From IMG/VR virus record IMGVR_UViG_3300032285_000379: 64,000 bases of DNA; one strand, written 5' to 3'. Below the pieces are notes generated by a model, which made no database searches, was not told the origin of the DNA, and saw nothing but the letters and a program-made list of their open reading frames with translations. Positions within the stretch are counted from its first letter, which is position 1, and every line of letters starts with the position of its first letter. Source of the DNA: an uncultured virus (IMG/VR IMGVR_UViG_3300032285_000379) (lineage: Duplodnaviria > Heunggongvirae > Uroviricota > Caudoviricetes). This document shows, one piece after another, positions 27,209-37,483 of this stretch. A program made the translations under genes and the position numbers.

Positions 27209-28120
27209 ATGGCTATTTCCCGCGCACAACTATTGAAGGAACTCCTCCCCGGACTGAACGCTTTGTTTGGTATGGAGTACGCCCGTTACGGTGAAGAGCA
27301 TAAAGAAATTTATGAAATCGAAACCTCAGAGCGTTCCTTTGAAGAAGAAACCAAGCTGTCTGGCTTCTCTGCCGCTCCTGTCAAGAACGAAGGCTCTGCC
27401 ATCGCTTATGACAATGCTCAAGAGGCATGGACAACCCGCTATAACCACGAAACCATTGCTTTGGGTTTTTCGATTACCGAAGAGGCAATCGAAGACAACT
27501 TGTACGACAGCTTGTCTGCTCGCTACACCAAAGGTCTGGCCCGTGCTATGGCTTACACCAAGCAAATCAAGGGTGCAAGCACTCTGAACAACGGCTTCTC
27601 TGCCCAATACGTTGGCGGCGATGGCGTACCTCTGTTCAGCACTTCACACCCCTTGGTCAACGGTGGCGTTAACAGCAACACCCCATCTACTCAAGCCGAC
27701 TTGAACGAGACTTCCTTGGAAGCCGCCGTTATCCAGATCGCAGCTTGGACTGATGAGCGTGGTCTGTTGATCGCAGCTAAGCCCAAGAAGCTGATTATTC
27801 CTCCTGCATTGCAGTTCGTGGCTACCCGCCTGTTGGAAACCGAACTCCGCGTCGGCACTAACAACAACGACATCAATGCCATCAAGAATAATGGCGCAAT
27901 CCCTGATGGTTACACCATCAACCACTATCTGACAGATACCAATGCTTGGTTCTTGACGACAGACGTACCTAACGGTTTGAAAATGTTCGTCCGCACTCCG
28001 CTGCAAAACAGCATGGACGGCGACTTTGATACCGGCAACGTGCGTTACAAAGCCCGTGAGCGTTACAGCTTCGGTTGGTCTGATCCATTGGGAGTCTTTG
28101 GCTCTTCTGGTTCATTCTAA
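27209..28120 (+). CDS. Major capsid protein
   Basis: MAISRAQLLKELLPGLNALFG, PKKLIIPP, DFDTGNVRYKARERYSFG; strong codon bias; terminator follows. Confidence 0.9.
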   Translation: MAISRAQLLKELLPGLNALFGMEYARYGEEHKEIYEIETSERSFEEETKLSGFSAAPVKNEGSAIAYDNAQEAWTTRYNHETIALGFSITEEAIEDNLYDSLSARYTKGLARAMAYTKQIKGASTLNNGFSAQYVGGDGVPLFSTSHPLVNGGVNSNTPSTQADLNETSLEAAVIQIAAWTDERGLLIAAKPKKLIIPPALQFVATRLLETELRVGTNNNDINAIKNNGAIPDGYTINHYLTDTNAWFLTTDVPNGLKMFVRTPLQNSMDGDFDTGNVRYKARERYSFGWSDPLGVFGSSGSF

Positions 28121-28121
28121 G

Positions 28122-28148
28122 AAAAAGGGGCTTCGGCCCCTTTTTTTA
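28122..28148 (+). terminator. Intrinsic terminator
   Basis: AAAAAGGGGC-TTCG-GCCCCTTTTTTT. Confidence 0.9.
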
Positions 28149-28196
28149 CGTTTAAACTCTTGTTGACAGCGTTTAAATGGTGTATATTGCTTCCAT

Positions 28197-28263
28197 CTGG
28201 GTGACTTGTCATACCGCCACTGCCCCAGCAGACGATGCAACGATTGGTATGACTCTTTTGCAT
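28197..28263 (+). ncRNA. Candidate pseudoknotted 5' leader RNA
   Basis: CTGGG/CCCAG, GTCATACC/GGTATGAC (crossing), ATGCAA/TTGCAT next to RBS. Confidence 0.45.
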
Positions 28264-28276
28264 AAGGACATTTGTC

Positions 28277-29008
28277 ATGGCACGTTCCACATTTGAAGGC
28301 CCAGTTCTACAGGGCAACAACCGTTTTGGCCCATTGCGTAACGTCGGTTACTCAGTGTTAACTCAGTCAGTCGTTCTTGACTTGACCAACGTAACAAACG
28401 GCACTGCAAACTACTCTGGCGGTAACCAACAGTTTGTTGGCTCCAACGGTATTCCAAATACCAATGCCACTGTTTACACATCTTCTTCTACAGCTTATCC
28501 CCCGACAGCAGCCACAATCACTGCCGATACAGCAACCATCCTGTATCGCGGCGCAGTTCTGTATTTGCCTTACGGATCTTTGATCCGCAACGTTATTGTT
28601 GACGTTCAGGCTGTTCAAACGCTGACTACCGGCACTGTTACAGGCATGGAAGTTTTGGTGAGCAACGGCTTTACTGCTTCTGGCGGTACAGCACGTTATG
28701 CGGCTTTGGGTACATCAAGCAGCACATTTACCGCAGGCCGTCAAAGTTTAACCACTGCGTTTAGCGCCACCCAGTTAAACAACTTGCTAGCTGGCACAAC
28801 AGGTGACATCACAAACCCAACAGGTGCTAATACAGACCCTAACGGCTCTTTGATTTCACAAGTTGTTATCACTTTGGCAACTAACGTGTCAGGCGCAAAC
28901 GGCGCTGCACCGTTTACCGCAGGTAAATACAGTATCCAAGTTGTATATACACAGCCTGATCCAAGCATTGGCTCCACGACAGCTTACCCATACGGTAACT
29001 TCGACTAA
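28277..29008 (+). CDS. Virion structural protein
   Basis: MARSTFEGPV; Thr/Gly-rich; after MCP. Confidence 0.75.
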   Translation: MARSTFEGPVLQGNNRFGPLRNVGYSVLTQSVVLDLTNVTNGTANYSGGNQQFVGSNGIPNTNATVYTSSSTAYPPTAATITADTATILYRGAVLYLPYGSLIRNVIVDVQAVQTLTTGTVTGMEVLVSNGFTASGGTARYAALGTSSSTFTAGRQSLTTAFSATQLNNLLAGTTGDITNPTGANTDPNGSLISQVVITLATNVSGANGAAPFTAGKYSIQVVYTQPDPSIGSTTAYPYGNFD

Positions 29009-29017
29009 TTAAGTAAC

Positions 29018-29039
29018 GGGGGCTTCGGCCCCCTTCTTT
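29018..29039 (+). terminator. Intrinsic terminator
   Basis: GGGGC-TTCG-GCCCC-TTCTTT. Confidence 0.7.
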
Positions 29040-29058
29040 GGATTTAAAGGAGTACCGT

Positions 29059-31698
29059 ATGTCAGGTGGATGGACTGTAGTTGATGCGAACACGAATAAA
29101 TCGCAGCCTATTACGGGTAAGAATGATTCAGGTGCGGTGTCGCCCTATTTCACACCCGCGCCGGGAGCGCAAGACCCGGTAGGAAAGATGCGGATTTCAT
29201 CTCCGCAGTCAATGATTGATACCGACTTTGAGTATGGTCAACAGCCTACCAAGTGGGAATCTATCGCTTTACAAAACAACCGCCCAAGCTGCTACTACAT
29301 TGCTCAGCAGCCTGTAGCCGTTACAGCTATCACTGGTACTGCAACCGCAGACCAAATCACAATCACATTCACCGGCACGATTGCCAGTGGCGTTCCCATC
29401 TACATTCAGAACTCTACCAACGCAACCATCAATGGATGGGGCTGGGTAGTTACCGGAGGTACAAACACCACAATCACTGTGCTGTTGGCTCCGGGTTCAT
29501 CTACAACCACCAATGCTGCCGCTTATTACAACGCAGCTTTGACTTACGTCTATGTAGGCTACTTCTACTCTGGTAGCGGTATTCAGGTTGCCGCAGGCAC
29601 TACAGCGGTTGTTGTAACCAGCGCATCAGTCATTACTGTAACCACAGTAAATCCACATGGATTAAGCAAGGGTAGCTTTGCCTACATCGTAGGCACTACC
29701 GGCGGCACAAACGTCAACGGTGCTTACATTGTTGCAACAACTCCAACAGCCAATACATTCACTGTGACTGCGGCTTCTGCATCCGGTACTGTAACGACTG
29801 CGGCTGGTCAGACAAACATCTATGCCCGTCCGGCTGGTTATGTTGAGTCTCGCTCATTTGATGGCGGCGTGGCATTCTCTGCTTCTGCAAACGTGCCAAA
29901 CAGCCAACTGATCCGTCAGACACGCAGATATTTCCGCTACCAATCTGGTAAGGGTATTCAGTTCTCAACCGGCACATCTTTGTGTCCTCCGCTGTTTGTG
30001 ACAAGCATCACTGCATCAGGTGCAACAGGCACTGTGACTACTCGCTTCTCTCACAACTTGGCGGTTGGCTGCACAATCAACATTGCCGGATGCGATCAAG
30101 GTCAGTACAACGGCACATTCACTGTTGTTACAGTACCTACACCAACAACATTCACATACACAATGGGCAGTGCGCCCACAGTCACAACAGCCACAGGCTT
30201 GTTGATTAAGGTCAGCCCAATCAATTGGTACGGCTCAACAAACCGCATTGGTTTCTTTGACCAACAGAACGGATTGTTCTTTGAGTACGATGGTCAGGCT
30301 CTGTACGCCGTATGGCGTAATAGTATCAACCAATTAAACGGTACAGTTGCCACAACCCAAGGCACTACTGCTGTTACCGGTACAGGCACTCAGTTCAGCA
30401 CGCAATTGAAGCCGGGTGACTTTATTGTCATTCGTGGTCAAACATACCGTGTAAACACAATTGTCAGCGATACATCTTTGTATCTGACAACCGAGTATCG
30501 TGGTTCAACCATCTCCGGTGCTTTGATGTCCAAGACGATTGATCTGCGAATCCCTCGCTCACAATGGCTTGATCCACTGGATGGCACAGGCCCATCAGGT
30601 TATACGCTTGATTTGACCAAGATGCAGATGTGGTACATCGACTACTCTTGGTATGGTGCTGGCTTCTCACGTTTTGGCTTGCGAACAAGCAAGGGTCAGA
30701 TTACTTACGTGTTCCAGATTACCAACAACAACCAGCGTTTCGAGGCGTACATGCGCTCCGGAAACATGGCTTCGCACTATGAGTCAAACGGCGTTACTCC
30801 TGTGACAACTTTGACTTCTACACTGGCTGCTGCCACAACCACAGGCGGCACGATCAACGTGAGTGATACAACCTTGTTTGCGCCGTCAGGCACAGTCAAG
30901 ATCCAAGATGCAACACAGACCGGTGTGGCTGAGTACATCAGCTACTCTGCCAAGACTGCGACTACATTGACCATAACTGCCCGTGCGCAGACTGGTGGTC
31001 AGGCATCTGCTCAAACATTTACCTACAGCGCAACAGCGCCAATCGCAGTTGAGTACGCTTCTCCTGATACCGCAGCATCCCTGTCGCACTGGGGTTCTTC
31101 AGTAATCATGGACGGCAGATTCGATGACGATAAGTCATTGATTTTCAACTACGGAACAACCACAGCCATTACAACCACCACAACCACTCCGATTGTCATC
31201 TTGGCAATTCGTTTGGCTCCATCAGTGGATAACGGTACAACTGGCCTGCTTGGCGCAAAAGAGATCATTAACCGCGCACAGTTACAGTTGACTGAGTTGG
31301 GTTTGTACACAACAGGTACAGGTTATCTCATTAACTTGGTGTTGAATGGCTACGCTTCTGGCGCTATGTCTGGCTCATTTGTGACTCCAGCCGTTGGTAC
31401 AACCTACACATCTTCATTTGCTCAGATTGCGATTAACACCAATGCGGTGAACGTGACTGGCGGCGAATCTGTGGCGGCTGCGTATACCAACACATCAGGC
31501 CAAACCACTTTGGATCTGACAGGCGTGCGTGACTTGGGTAACTCAATCTTGGGCGGCGGAACTTCGGCAACTGTGCCAACAGCGCAGTCCGGCGTCTATC
31601 CAGATGGCCCAGACATCCTGTATGTTGTGGCAACACCTCTGACAACCACAAGCTCAACCATTCTGGCTCGCTTGAGCTGGAAAGAAGCTCAGGCTTGA
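29059..31698 (+). CDS. Large beta-rich virion/fiber protein
   Basis: Repeated TVTT..HGL..G..NG.Y.V..TFT modules; AAGGAG RBS. Confidence 0.75.
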   Translation: MSGGWTVVDANTNKSQPITGKNDSGAVSPYFTPAPGAQDPVGKMRISSPQSMIDTDFEYGQQPTKWESIALQNNRPSCYYIAQQPVAVTAITGTATADQITITFTGTIASGVPIYIQNSTNATINGWGWVVTGGTNTTITVLLAPGSSTTTNAAAYYNAALTYVYVGYFYSGSGIQVAAGTTAVVVTSASVITVTTVNPHGLSKGSFAYIVGTTGGTNVNGAYIVATTPTANTFTVTAASASGTVTTAAGQTNIYARPAGYVESRSFDGGVAFSASANVPNSQLIRQTRRYFRYQSGKGIQFSTGTSLCPPLFVTSITASGATGTVTTRFSHNLAVGCTINIAGCDQGQYNGTFTVVTVPTPTTFTYTMGSAPTVTTATGLLIKVSPINWYGSTNRIGFFDQQNGLFFEYDGQALYAVWRNSINQLNGTVATTQGTTAVTGTGTQFSTQLKPGDFIVIRGQTYRVNTIVSDTSLYLTTEYRGSTISGALMSKTIDLRIPRSQWLDPLDGTGPSGYTLDLTKMQMWYIDYSWYGAGFSRFGLRTSKGQITYVFQITNNNQRFEAYMRSGNMASHYESNGVTPVTTLTSTLAAATTTGGTINVSDTTLFAPSGTVKIQDATQTGVAEYISYSAKTATTLTITARAQTGGQASAQTFTYSATAPIAVEYASPDTAASLSHWGSSVIMDGRFDDDKSLIFNYGTTTAITTTTTTPIVILAIRLAPSVDNGTTGLLGAKEIINRAQLQLTELGLYTTGTGYLINLVLNGYASGAMSGSFVTPAVGTTYTSSFAQIAINTNAVNVTGGESVAAAYTNTSGQTTLDLTGVRDLGNSILGGGTSATVPTAQSGVYPDGPDILYVVATPLTTTSSTILARLSWKEAQA

Positions 31699-31701
31699 TG
31701 T

Positions 31702-32013
31702 ATGGCAACTCCCGCATGGCAACGCAAGGAGGGGAAGAATCCCAACGGCGGATTGAACGCCAAAGGGCGAGCCTCTGCCAAGAAGGAAGGTCACAATCTG
31801 AAGCCGCCCCAACCGGAAGGCGGCAGTCGGCGAGACTCTTTCTGCGCCCGGATGAAGGGTATGAAGTCGAAGCTTACGAGCGCCAAGACCGCAAACGATC
31901 CAGATTCGAGGATTAACAAGTCCTTGAGAGTTTGGAACTGCGCAGATGGCGGTTATGTAAGCGCAGCCGATGGCTGTGCCACCAAAGGCAAGACGAAGGG
32001 CAGGTTTGTTTGA
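31702..32013 (+). CDS. Basic phage protein (DUF6321-like)
   Basis: AWQRKEGKNPNGGLNAKGR, RRDSFCARM, SLRVWNC. Confidence 0.7.
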   Translation: MATPAWQRKEGKNPNGGLNAKGRASAKKEGHNLKPPQPEGGSRRDSFCARMKGMKSKLTSAKTANDPDSRINKSLRVWNCADGGYVSAADGCATKGKTKGRFV

Positions 32014-32252
32014 TGGATTTAAACACTATCTGGTCTGCTGGCTTATCTCTTGTGATGGGAGCCGTATGGTTCTTCATCAGAGAGAGGCTTGAAGATGTCA
32101 AACGCATTGAGCGTTTGTTGAATATTACCCGTGAGGAGATCGCCCGTGATACAGCGACTAAAGCAGAAGTGGCAAGAGTTACTGACCACATTGACCAACG
32201 TTTCAACAAGCTGGAAGAAAAAATTGACCGGCTACTTCAAGCGGGGAAATGA
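32013..32252 (+). CDS. Small protein with N-terminal TM and coiled coil
   Basis: MDLNTIWSAGLSLVMGAVWFF...RFNKLEEKIDRL. Confidence 0.65.
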   Translation: MDLNTIWSAGLSLVMGAVWFFIRERLEDVKRIERLLNITREEIARDTATKAEVARVTDHIDQRFNKLEEKIDRLLQAGK

Positions 32253-32725
32253 TGCCAGCGACAAGCCTTAAACAAAAGAAATTTATGGATGCCGTGGCTC
32301 ACAACCCGTCATTTGCGAAGCAGGCTGGAGTTCCCCAGTCGGTTGGTAAAGACTTCAGCGAGGCCAGCAAAGGCATGAAGTTCGGTAGCGGACCAAAGAC
32401 CCGCGCAGATTCTCAAAAGATCAACAATCCTAAAACCAATCAAGGTAAACAGGAACTCTTCAAAAAAGGTGGCAGCATGGCAACGAAAAAGATGAATCCC
32501 TTCGCAAAGTTTGAAAAGTCCGGCAAAGATGTCGAAAAGAAAGGGGTCAAGGAAGGCTCCAAGAAAGACATGATGATGGACAAGATGCAAATGAAGAAGA
32601 TGGCTTCTGGCGGTCTTGCTGCTGCTCACAAGGCTGCTGATGGCGTTGCCTCTAGAGGTAAGACCAAGGCAACTCAGATCGTTATGCCCGGCAACAAAGG
32701 CATGAAAAAAGGCGGAAAGGTCTAA
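32249..32725 (+). CDS. Basic GG-motif virion-region protein
   Basis: FKKGG, MASGG, ADGVASRGKTK. Confidence 0.7.
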   Translation: MMPATSLKQKKFMDAVAHNPSFAKQAGVPQSVGKDFSEASKGMKFGSGPKTRADSQKINNPKTNQGKQELFKKGGSMATKKMNPFAKFEKSGKDVEKKGVKEGSKKDMMMDKMQMKKMASGGLAAAHKAADGVASRGKTKATQIVMPGNKGMKKGGKV

Positions 32726-32726
32726 C

Positions 32727-33425
32727 ATGGCACGCAATAACAATCTGGCTGGCTTGGCAGCACTCGGTGCGTTAGGCTACATGTTGACAAAAGACAAAGG
32801 TCAGGCCGCAGATCAAACTCCCGGCCCCGGTCGGCAGTCTTTGGGTGCAGGCTATGACTCACCCGGAACAAACACAGGCTCTGCCACGGATCTAAAAACT
32901 CCCATGCAAAGCATTGCTGACGCAGATAAATCAGATCGGTCTAGCTCCTTATCGATGAAGGGTGAGTCAGGTGTTACCACTCCCGGGCCTGACACCTCCA
33001 CGCCAAATTTAAACACAGCAGTCAATAAACCAAGATCCAGTAAGCCTGCGGTTGCAAAAAATACAACTGCTAATGCTTACAAGTCTGGCATTATGGGTGG
33101 ATCAGCGCAACCCGATTACAGCAATGAAGGTCGCGCTGGTGTTGCTCCTGACATGAGCGGCAAACTTAAAACAGAAACCACCACACCATCCCAGCCTACA
33201 GCAAGACGAGAAACCTATAAAGGTTTGGATGGCAAGATTCACTACAAAGAAGATGTAGCCAAGCCCTCTACATCAACAATGCGAAATCCTCGCACAGGCC
33301 GTGAAATGACCACCTTCAAAAAAGGTGGCGCAGTCAAGATGGCTTCTGGCGGAATGACATCATCAGCATCTCGTAGAGCAGACGGCATTGCCACCAAAGG
33401 CAAGACCCGTGGCAAGATTTGTTAA
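32727..33425 (+). CDS. GG-motif virion-region protein
   Basis: DYSNEGR, FKKGG, MASGG, RADGIATKGKTRG. Confidence 0.7.
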   Translation: MARNNNLAGLAALGALGYMLTKDKGQAADQTPGPGRQSLGAGYDSPGTNTGSATDLKTPMQSIADADKSDRSSSLSMKGESGVTTPGPDTSTPNLNTAVNKPRSSKPAVAKNTTANAYKSGIMGGSAQPDYSNEGRAGVAPDMSGKLKTETTTPSQPTARRETYKGLDGKIHYKEDVAKPSTSTMRNPRTGREMTTFKKGGAVKMASGGMTSSASRRADGIATKGKTRGKIC

Positions 33426-33434
33426 GGAATCATC

Positions 33435-33872
33435 ATGGCATCAAAAGAATTTAACCAAGCATTCCGCGCAGCCCGTGAGGCTGGCGACTCAGAATTTGAG
33501 TACAACGGCAAGAAGTACAACACAAAAATGAAGGATGATGAGCCTACCCGTGCGGCTAGGCCAGCGTCTACAGAAACCAGAGACACTGACTACAGCAATG
33601 AAGGTCGTGGCTCAAAAGGCCCATCTAAGCTTGATCCTTACGGTGTGATTGGTGGCGCAGTGGATAAAGTCAAAGGTGCAGCCAGCGATGTTGGCAGTGC
33701 TGTGGCTAAGCCATTCAAAGCAATCCGTGAAGCTGGCAACCGTGGCAACCCTGATGTCCCCATGAAAATGGCTAAGGGCGGCTCGGCTTCTAGCCGTGCT
33801 GATGGTATTGCCCAGCGTGGCAAAACCAAAGGCACTATGGTTATGTGCGGCGGCGGGATGACAAAACGATGA
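33435..33872 (+). CDS. GG-motif virion-region protein
   Basis: FNQAFRAAR..FEYNGKKYNT, DYSNEGR, MAKGG, RADGIAQRGKTKG. Confidence 0.7.
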   Translation: MASKEFNQAFRAAREAGDSEFEYNGKKYNTKMKDDEPTRAARPASTETRDTDYSNEGRGSKGPSKLDPYGVIGGAVDKVKGAASDVGSAVAKPFKAIREAGNRGNPDVPMKMAKGGSASSRADGIAQRGKTKGTMVMCGGGMTKR

Positions 33873-34498
33873 TGCCTTCCCGTGGCATGGGGGCCATAAA
33901 CCCGTCAAAGATGCCCGGTAAGAAAGAGATCACCCGCACGGATGATCCGAACAAGGTCGCCATGTACAAACGTGGCGGCAGAGTTAAACGCATGGATGAA
34001 GGCGGAGAAACTGAATCTCCTGACAGTGCTGTGCGTTTAAACATACCAGAATCAAAACAAAGCGGCCCGTCGGTCAAGCCAACTCACATCGTAGCCAACA
34101 AAGACTACAAGAGTGTCGGAGCCAAATTTTCTTCTGGTGACATTCCGGTTGGCGAAAAGGGTACGGCATCATTTGGCGCGGAGACATCTGTTTCAACCGC
34201 AAAAGGACAGCGTGCCAAGGCTATGGTTGATCAGTTGCAAGCTGATTACAAGCATGAGCTTGACAAGAACACATCCCTTGGAACAAGCTTTAGCGCCTCT
34301 CCAAGAGGCGATAAGCGTCTGATGGTTGCTTTAAACAAGAGTTTTGCCGAAGGTGGTGAGACTGGCTTGTATGCCAACATCAATGCAAAACGCAAGAGGA
34401 TAGCCGCTGGCTCCGGTGAGAAAATGAGAAAGCCGGGCAGCAAAGGCGCTCCAACCAAGCAAGCTTTTATCAACTCCGCCAAAACGGCGAAAAAATAA
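33869..34498 (+). CDS. GG-motif virion-region protein
   Basis: MMPSRGMG, YKRGG, FAEGG, GLYANINAKRKR. Confidence 0.7.
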   Translation: MMPSRGMGAINPSKMPGKKEITRTDDPNKVAMYKRGGRVKRMDEGGETESPDSAVRLNIPESKQSGPSVKPTHIVANKDYKSVGAKFSSGDIPVGEKGTASFGAETSVSTAKGQRAKAMVDQLQADYKHELDKNTSLGTSFSASPRGDKRLMVALNKSFAEGGETGLYANINAKRKRIAAGSGEKMRKPGSKGAPTKQAFINSAKTAKK

Positions 34499-34507
34499 GG
34501 AAACAAC

Positions 34508-34759
34508 ATGTCAGCATTAAACGTAACCCAAGAAGAAGCCGAATTGCTCTTGATCGGTTTAAACATGTACGCAGATGTCCAGCGCAATGCTTCTGGCTCT
34601 GTACCTGATGATGTCAAGGCTTTGATCGCCAAGATCACTCCAGCTCCTGCTGCCCCCGTTGTTGAGGCTGTTGTGGAGCCTGTGCCAGTGGTTGAGGCTG
34701 TTGCAGAGCCTGAAGTTGTGGTTGAGGCTCCAGTAGTCGAAGCAGACGAGAAAGAATAA
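34508..34759 (+). CDS. Hypothetical protein with acidic Pro/Val-rich tail
   Basis: AAGGA RBS. Confidence 0.7.
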   Translation: MSALNVTQEEAELLLIGLNMYADVQRNASGSVPDDVKALIAKITPAPAAPVVEAVVEPVPVVEAVAEPEVVVEAPVVEADEKE

Positions 34760-35685
34760 TGGCTAACACCTCCGGCGCAGTCAGTTTCAATCTAGACCTC
34801 ACCGAACTGGTGGAGGAGGCGTTTGAGCGTGCCGGTGGTGAGCTTCGCTCAGGTTATGACCTGCGTACAGCCCGCCGCAGTTTAAACATCATGTTTGCCG
34901 ATTGGGCAAACCGTGGCATTAACCTGTGGACAATTGAGACGGGGACAATCGATTTGGTGCAGGGTCAGAACACCTACCCTCTGCCAAATGACACGATTGA
35001 CCTGCTGGAGCATGTCATCCGCACCGGAGCAAACAGTACAGCCACTCAGGCTGACCTGACCATTACCCGTATCAGCGTATCAACCTACGCAACAATTCCA
35101 AACAAAATTCAGCAAGCCAGACCAATTCAGATTTGGATTCAGCGGTTTAATGGACAAACTTCGCCTACAGGTTTAACTCTGGATGGCGCTATCACAAGCA
35201 CTGATACGACCATTACCCTGAGTTCGGCGGTTGGATTGCCAGCCTCCGGCTTTGTCAAGATAGATTCCGAGATCATCAACTACGGATACATCGACGGCAA
35301 TGTTCTGTACAACTGCTTCCGTGCGCAGCAAAACACAACCGCAGCAAGCCATACAAGTGGCACAGCCGTTTATTGGGAGCAGGTTCCCGCTGTAACGGTT
35401 TGGCCTACGCCTGACAACGCTCAACAGTACCAATTGGTTTACTGGCGGCTACGCCGCACGCAGGACGCTGGTGGCGGTGTAAACATCATGGATGTACCGT
35501 TCAGATTCTTGCCTTGCATGGCAGCAGGCTTGTCCTACTACATCGCCTCCAAGATCCCGACAGGCATGGAAAGACTGCCAATGCTGAAGGCGCAGTACGA
35601 AGAAGCTTGGGAAATGGCTGCGTACGAAGACCATGAGAAGGCTGCTCTGCGACTTGTCCCCCGTCAAACCTACATTGGGAGGTAA
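34759..35685 (+). CDS. Putative head-tail adaptor/connector
   Basis: EEAFERAG, ARRSLNIMFADWANRGINLW, VWPTPD, LKAQYEE. Confidence 0.7.
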   Translation: MANTSGAVSFNLDLTELVEEAFERAGGELRSGYDLRTARRSLNIMFADWANRGINLWTIETGTIDLVQGQNTYPLPNDTIDLLEHVIRTGANSTATQADLTITRISVSTYATIPNKIQQARPIQIWIQRFNGQTSPTGLTLDGAITSTDTTITLSSAVGLPASGFVKIDSEIINYGYIDGNVLYNCFRAQQNTTAASHTSGTAVYWEQVPAVTVWPTPDNAQQYQLVYWRLRRTQDAGGGVNIMDVPFRFLPCMAAGLSYYIASKIPTGMERLPMLKAQYEEAWEMAAYEDHEKAALRLVPRQTYIGR

Positions 35686-35687
35686 GG

Positions 35688-36077
35688 GTGGGTAATCGTT
35701 TTGCCGCAGGCAAACACGCAATTGCAGAATGTGATCGCTGTGGACAGCGGTACAAGTTGAGTTTGCTGAAGACGGAGATCATTAAGACCAAGAAGTATGA
35801 CTTGCTGGTCTGCCCAGAATGCTGGGATCCTGATCATCCGCAGTTGCAGCTTGGCATGTGGCCTGTCGATGACCCGCAGGCTTTGAGGAATCCTCGTCCT
35901 GACCGCAGTTATGTGGTGTCAGGATTGCTGGCAGATGGTGAGTCTGGCGGCGGTAGCAGAATCTATCAGTGGGGCTGGAATCCTGTTGGTGGATCAAGTG
36001 GAGCAGATGCGTATTTAACGCCAAATGTCTTGGCAATGGCGGTACAAATTGGTACAGTCACAGTGGTAGTAACGTAG
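35688..36077 (+). CDS. Protein with CDRCG/CPECWD Zn motif
   Basis: Coupled ORF in virion module. Confidence 0.75.
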   Translation: MGNRFAAGKHAIAECDRCGQRYKLSLLKTEIIKTKKYDLLVCPECWDPDHPQLQLGMWPVDDPQALRNPRPDRSYVVSGLLADGESGGGSRIYQWGWNPVGGSSGADAYLTPNVLAMAVQIGTVTVVVT

Positions 36078-36087
36078 GAGTTTAAAC

Positions 36088-36288
36088 ATGGCAAAGATGG
36101 AATCAAGCGCAATGGACAAGAAGCAAGACGTTGCTTTAATCAAAAAAGCGTTTAAACAACATGACACGCAAGAACACAAGGGCGGCAAGGGTACATCCTT
36201 GAAGCTCAAAAAAGGTGGCCCAACAGGTATGCAAATGCGTGCTGTCGGTCGCAACATGGCCCGCGCCAACAACCAAAGAGGTAAGTAA
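36088..36288 (+). CDS. Small basic GG-motif protein
   Basis: AGGAG RBS; LKKGG. Confidence 0.7.
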   Translation: MAKMESSAMDKKQDVALIKKAFKQHDTQEHKGGKGTSLKLKKGGPTGMQMRAVGRNMARANNQRGK

Positions 36289-36557
36289 TGGTTAAAAACA
36301 ACAAACCAGCGTCTGCTTACGCTCAGCCACATGACATGACTGGCAAGAAGCAAAGCGTCAATGACTCATTGAACAACGGCGGCTTCCGTCCAGACCCAAA
36401 CACTATGGCTGCAAACGGTTCTGAGCCGGGCGGTAACGTTCCTGCTCGTCGGGTTTCCCTTGGCGACATCACCAGAGAGCCAAAGACAACTGGCATCAAA
36501 ATTCGTGGCACAGGTGCGGCAACCAAAGGCGTAATGGCTAGAGGCCCGATGGCATGA
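36288..36557 (+). CDS. Small basic protein
   Basis: C-terminal GIKIRGTGAATKG. Confidence 0.7.
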   Translation: MVKNNKPASAYAQPHDMTGKKQSVNDSLNNGGFRPDPNTMAANGSEPGGNVPARRVSLGDITREPKTTGIKIRGTGAATKGVMARGPMA

Positions 36558-37483
36558 ATTACACCCAGCTTGTAACTGCGATTCAGGATTACACGGAGAA
36601 CAGCTTTAACTTCTCCAGTGATCCTACGCCTATCAATACCTTTATTGAGCAGGCGGAGCAACGCATTTACAACACGATCCAGTTTCCATCCATACGCAAA
36701 AATGTCACAGGAACAACAACGTCCGGCAACAAATACCTCTCTTGCCCAGATGATTTTCTCGCTGTGTATTCAATGGCTGTTATTGATGCAACTGGTTCTT
36801 ATGAGTATCTGTTGAACAAGGATGTCAACTTCATCCGTCAGGCGTATCCAGCGCCAACAGATACAGCGACTCCGAAGTACTATGCCTTGTTCGGCCCGGC
36901 GGTAAGCGGATCAACCATTTCCAATGAGTTGTCGTTCATCCTTGGCCCAACACCTGATTCCGGCTATACCGTAGAACTCCACTATTACTACTACCCAGAA
37001 TCTATTGTGCAGGGCAAGTTGTCTTCCGTTGGCACTTTGACCGTCGGCACTGGATATGTGGACGGCACGTACTACCAAGTCCCGCTGACCGGCGGCTCTG
37101 GCTATGGTGCAGTGGCTACCGTTACTGTTTATGGCGGATCAGTCTCTTCAGTGATCATCACAGAAGGCGGCTCTTCATATCTTGTGGGTGACACCATCAG
37201 CGCAGCAAACACAAACATTGGCGGCACAGGCGCAGGGTTCTCTGCTCCGGTCGCAACGATATTAAATTCATCCGGTACAACATGGCTGGGAGACAACTTC
37301 GACTCTGTGCTTCTGTACGGATCAATTGTTGAGGCTTACACCTACATGAAAGGCGAAGCTGACGTTATGGCTTTCTACAGCACCAAATACCAAGAAGCAC
37401 TTGCGTTGGCAAAACGTTTGGGCGACGGTATGGAGCGTCAAGATGCCTACCGGTCTGGACAGTACAGACAGGCGGTGACCTGA
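36554..37483 (+). CDS. Putative tail tubular protein A/adaptor
   Basis: MNYTQLVTAIQDYTE, FIEQAEQRI, GPTPD, LLYGSIVEA. Confidence 0.7.
   Translation: MNYTQLVTAIQDYTENSFNFSSDPTPINTFIEQAEQRIYNTIQFPSIRKNVTGTTTSGNKYLSCPDDFLAVYSMAVIDATGSYEYLLNKDVNFIRQAYPAPTDTATPKYYALFGPAVSGSTISNELSFILGPTPDSGYTVELHYYYYPESIVQGKLSSVGTLTVGTGYVDGTYYQVPLTGGSGYGAVATVTVYGGSVSSVIITEGGSSYLVGDTISAANTNIGGTGAGFSAPVATILNSSGTTWLGDNFDSVLLYGSIVEAYTYMKGEADVMAFYSTKYQEALALAKRLGDGMERQDAYRSGQYRQAVT

Noticed and set aside
28163..28188. Promoter TTGACA...TATATT after the capsid terminator
   Set aside because: Spacer is only 14 bp; possible but too weak to list
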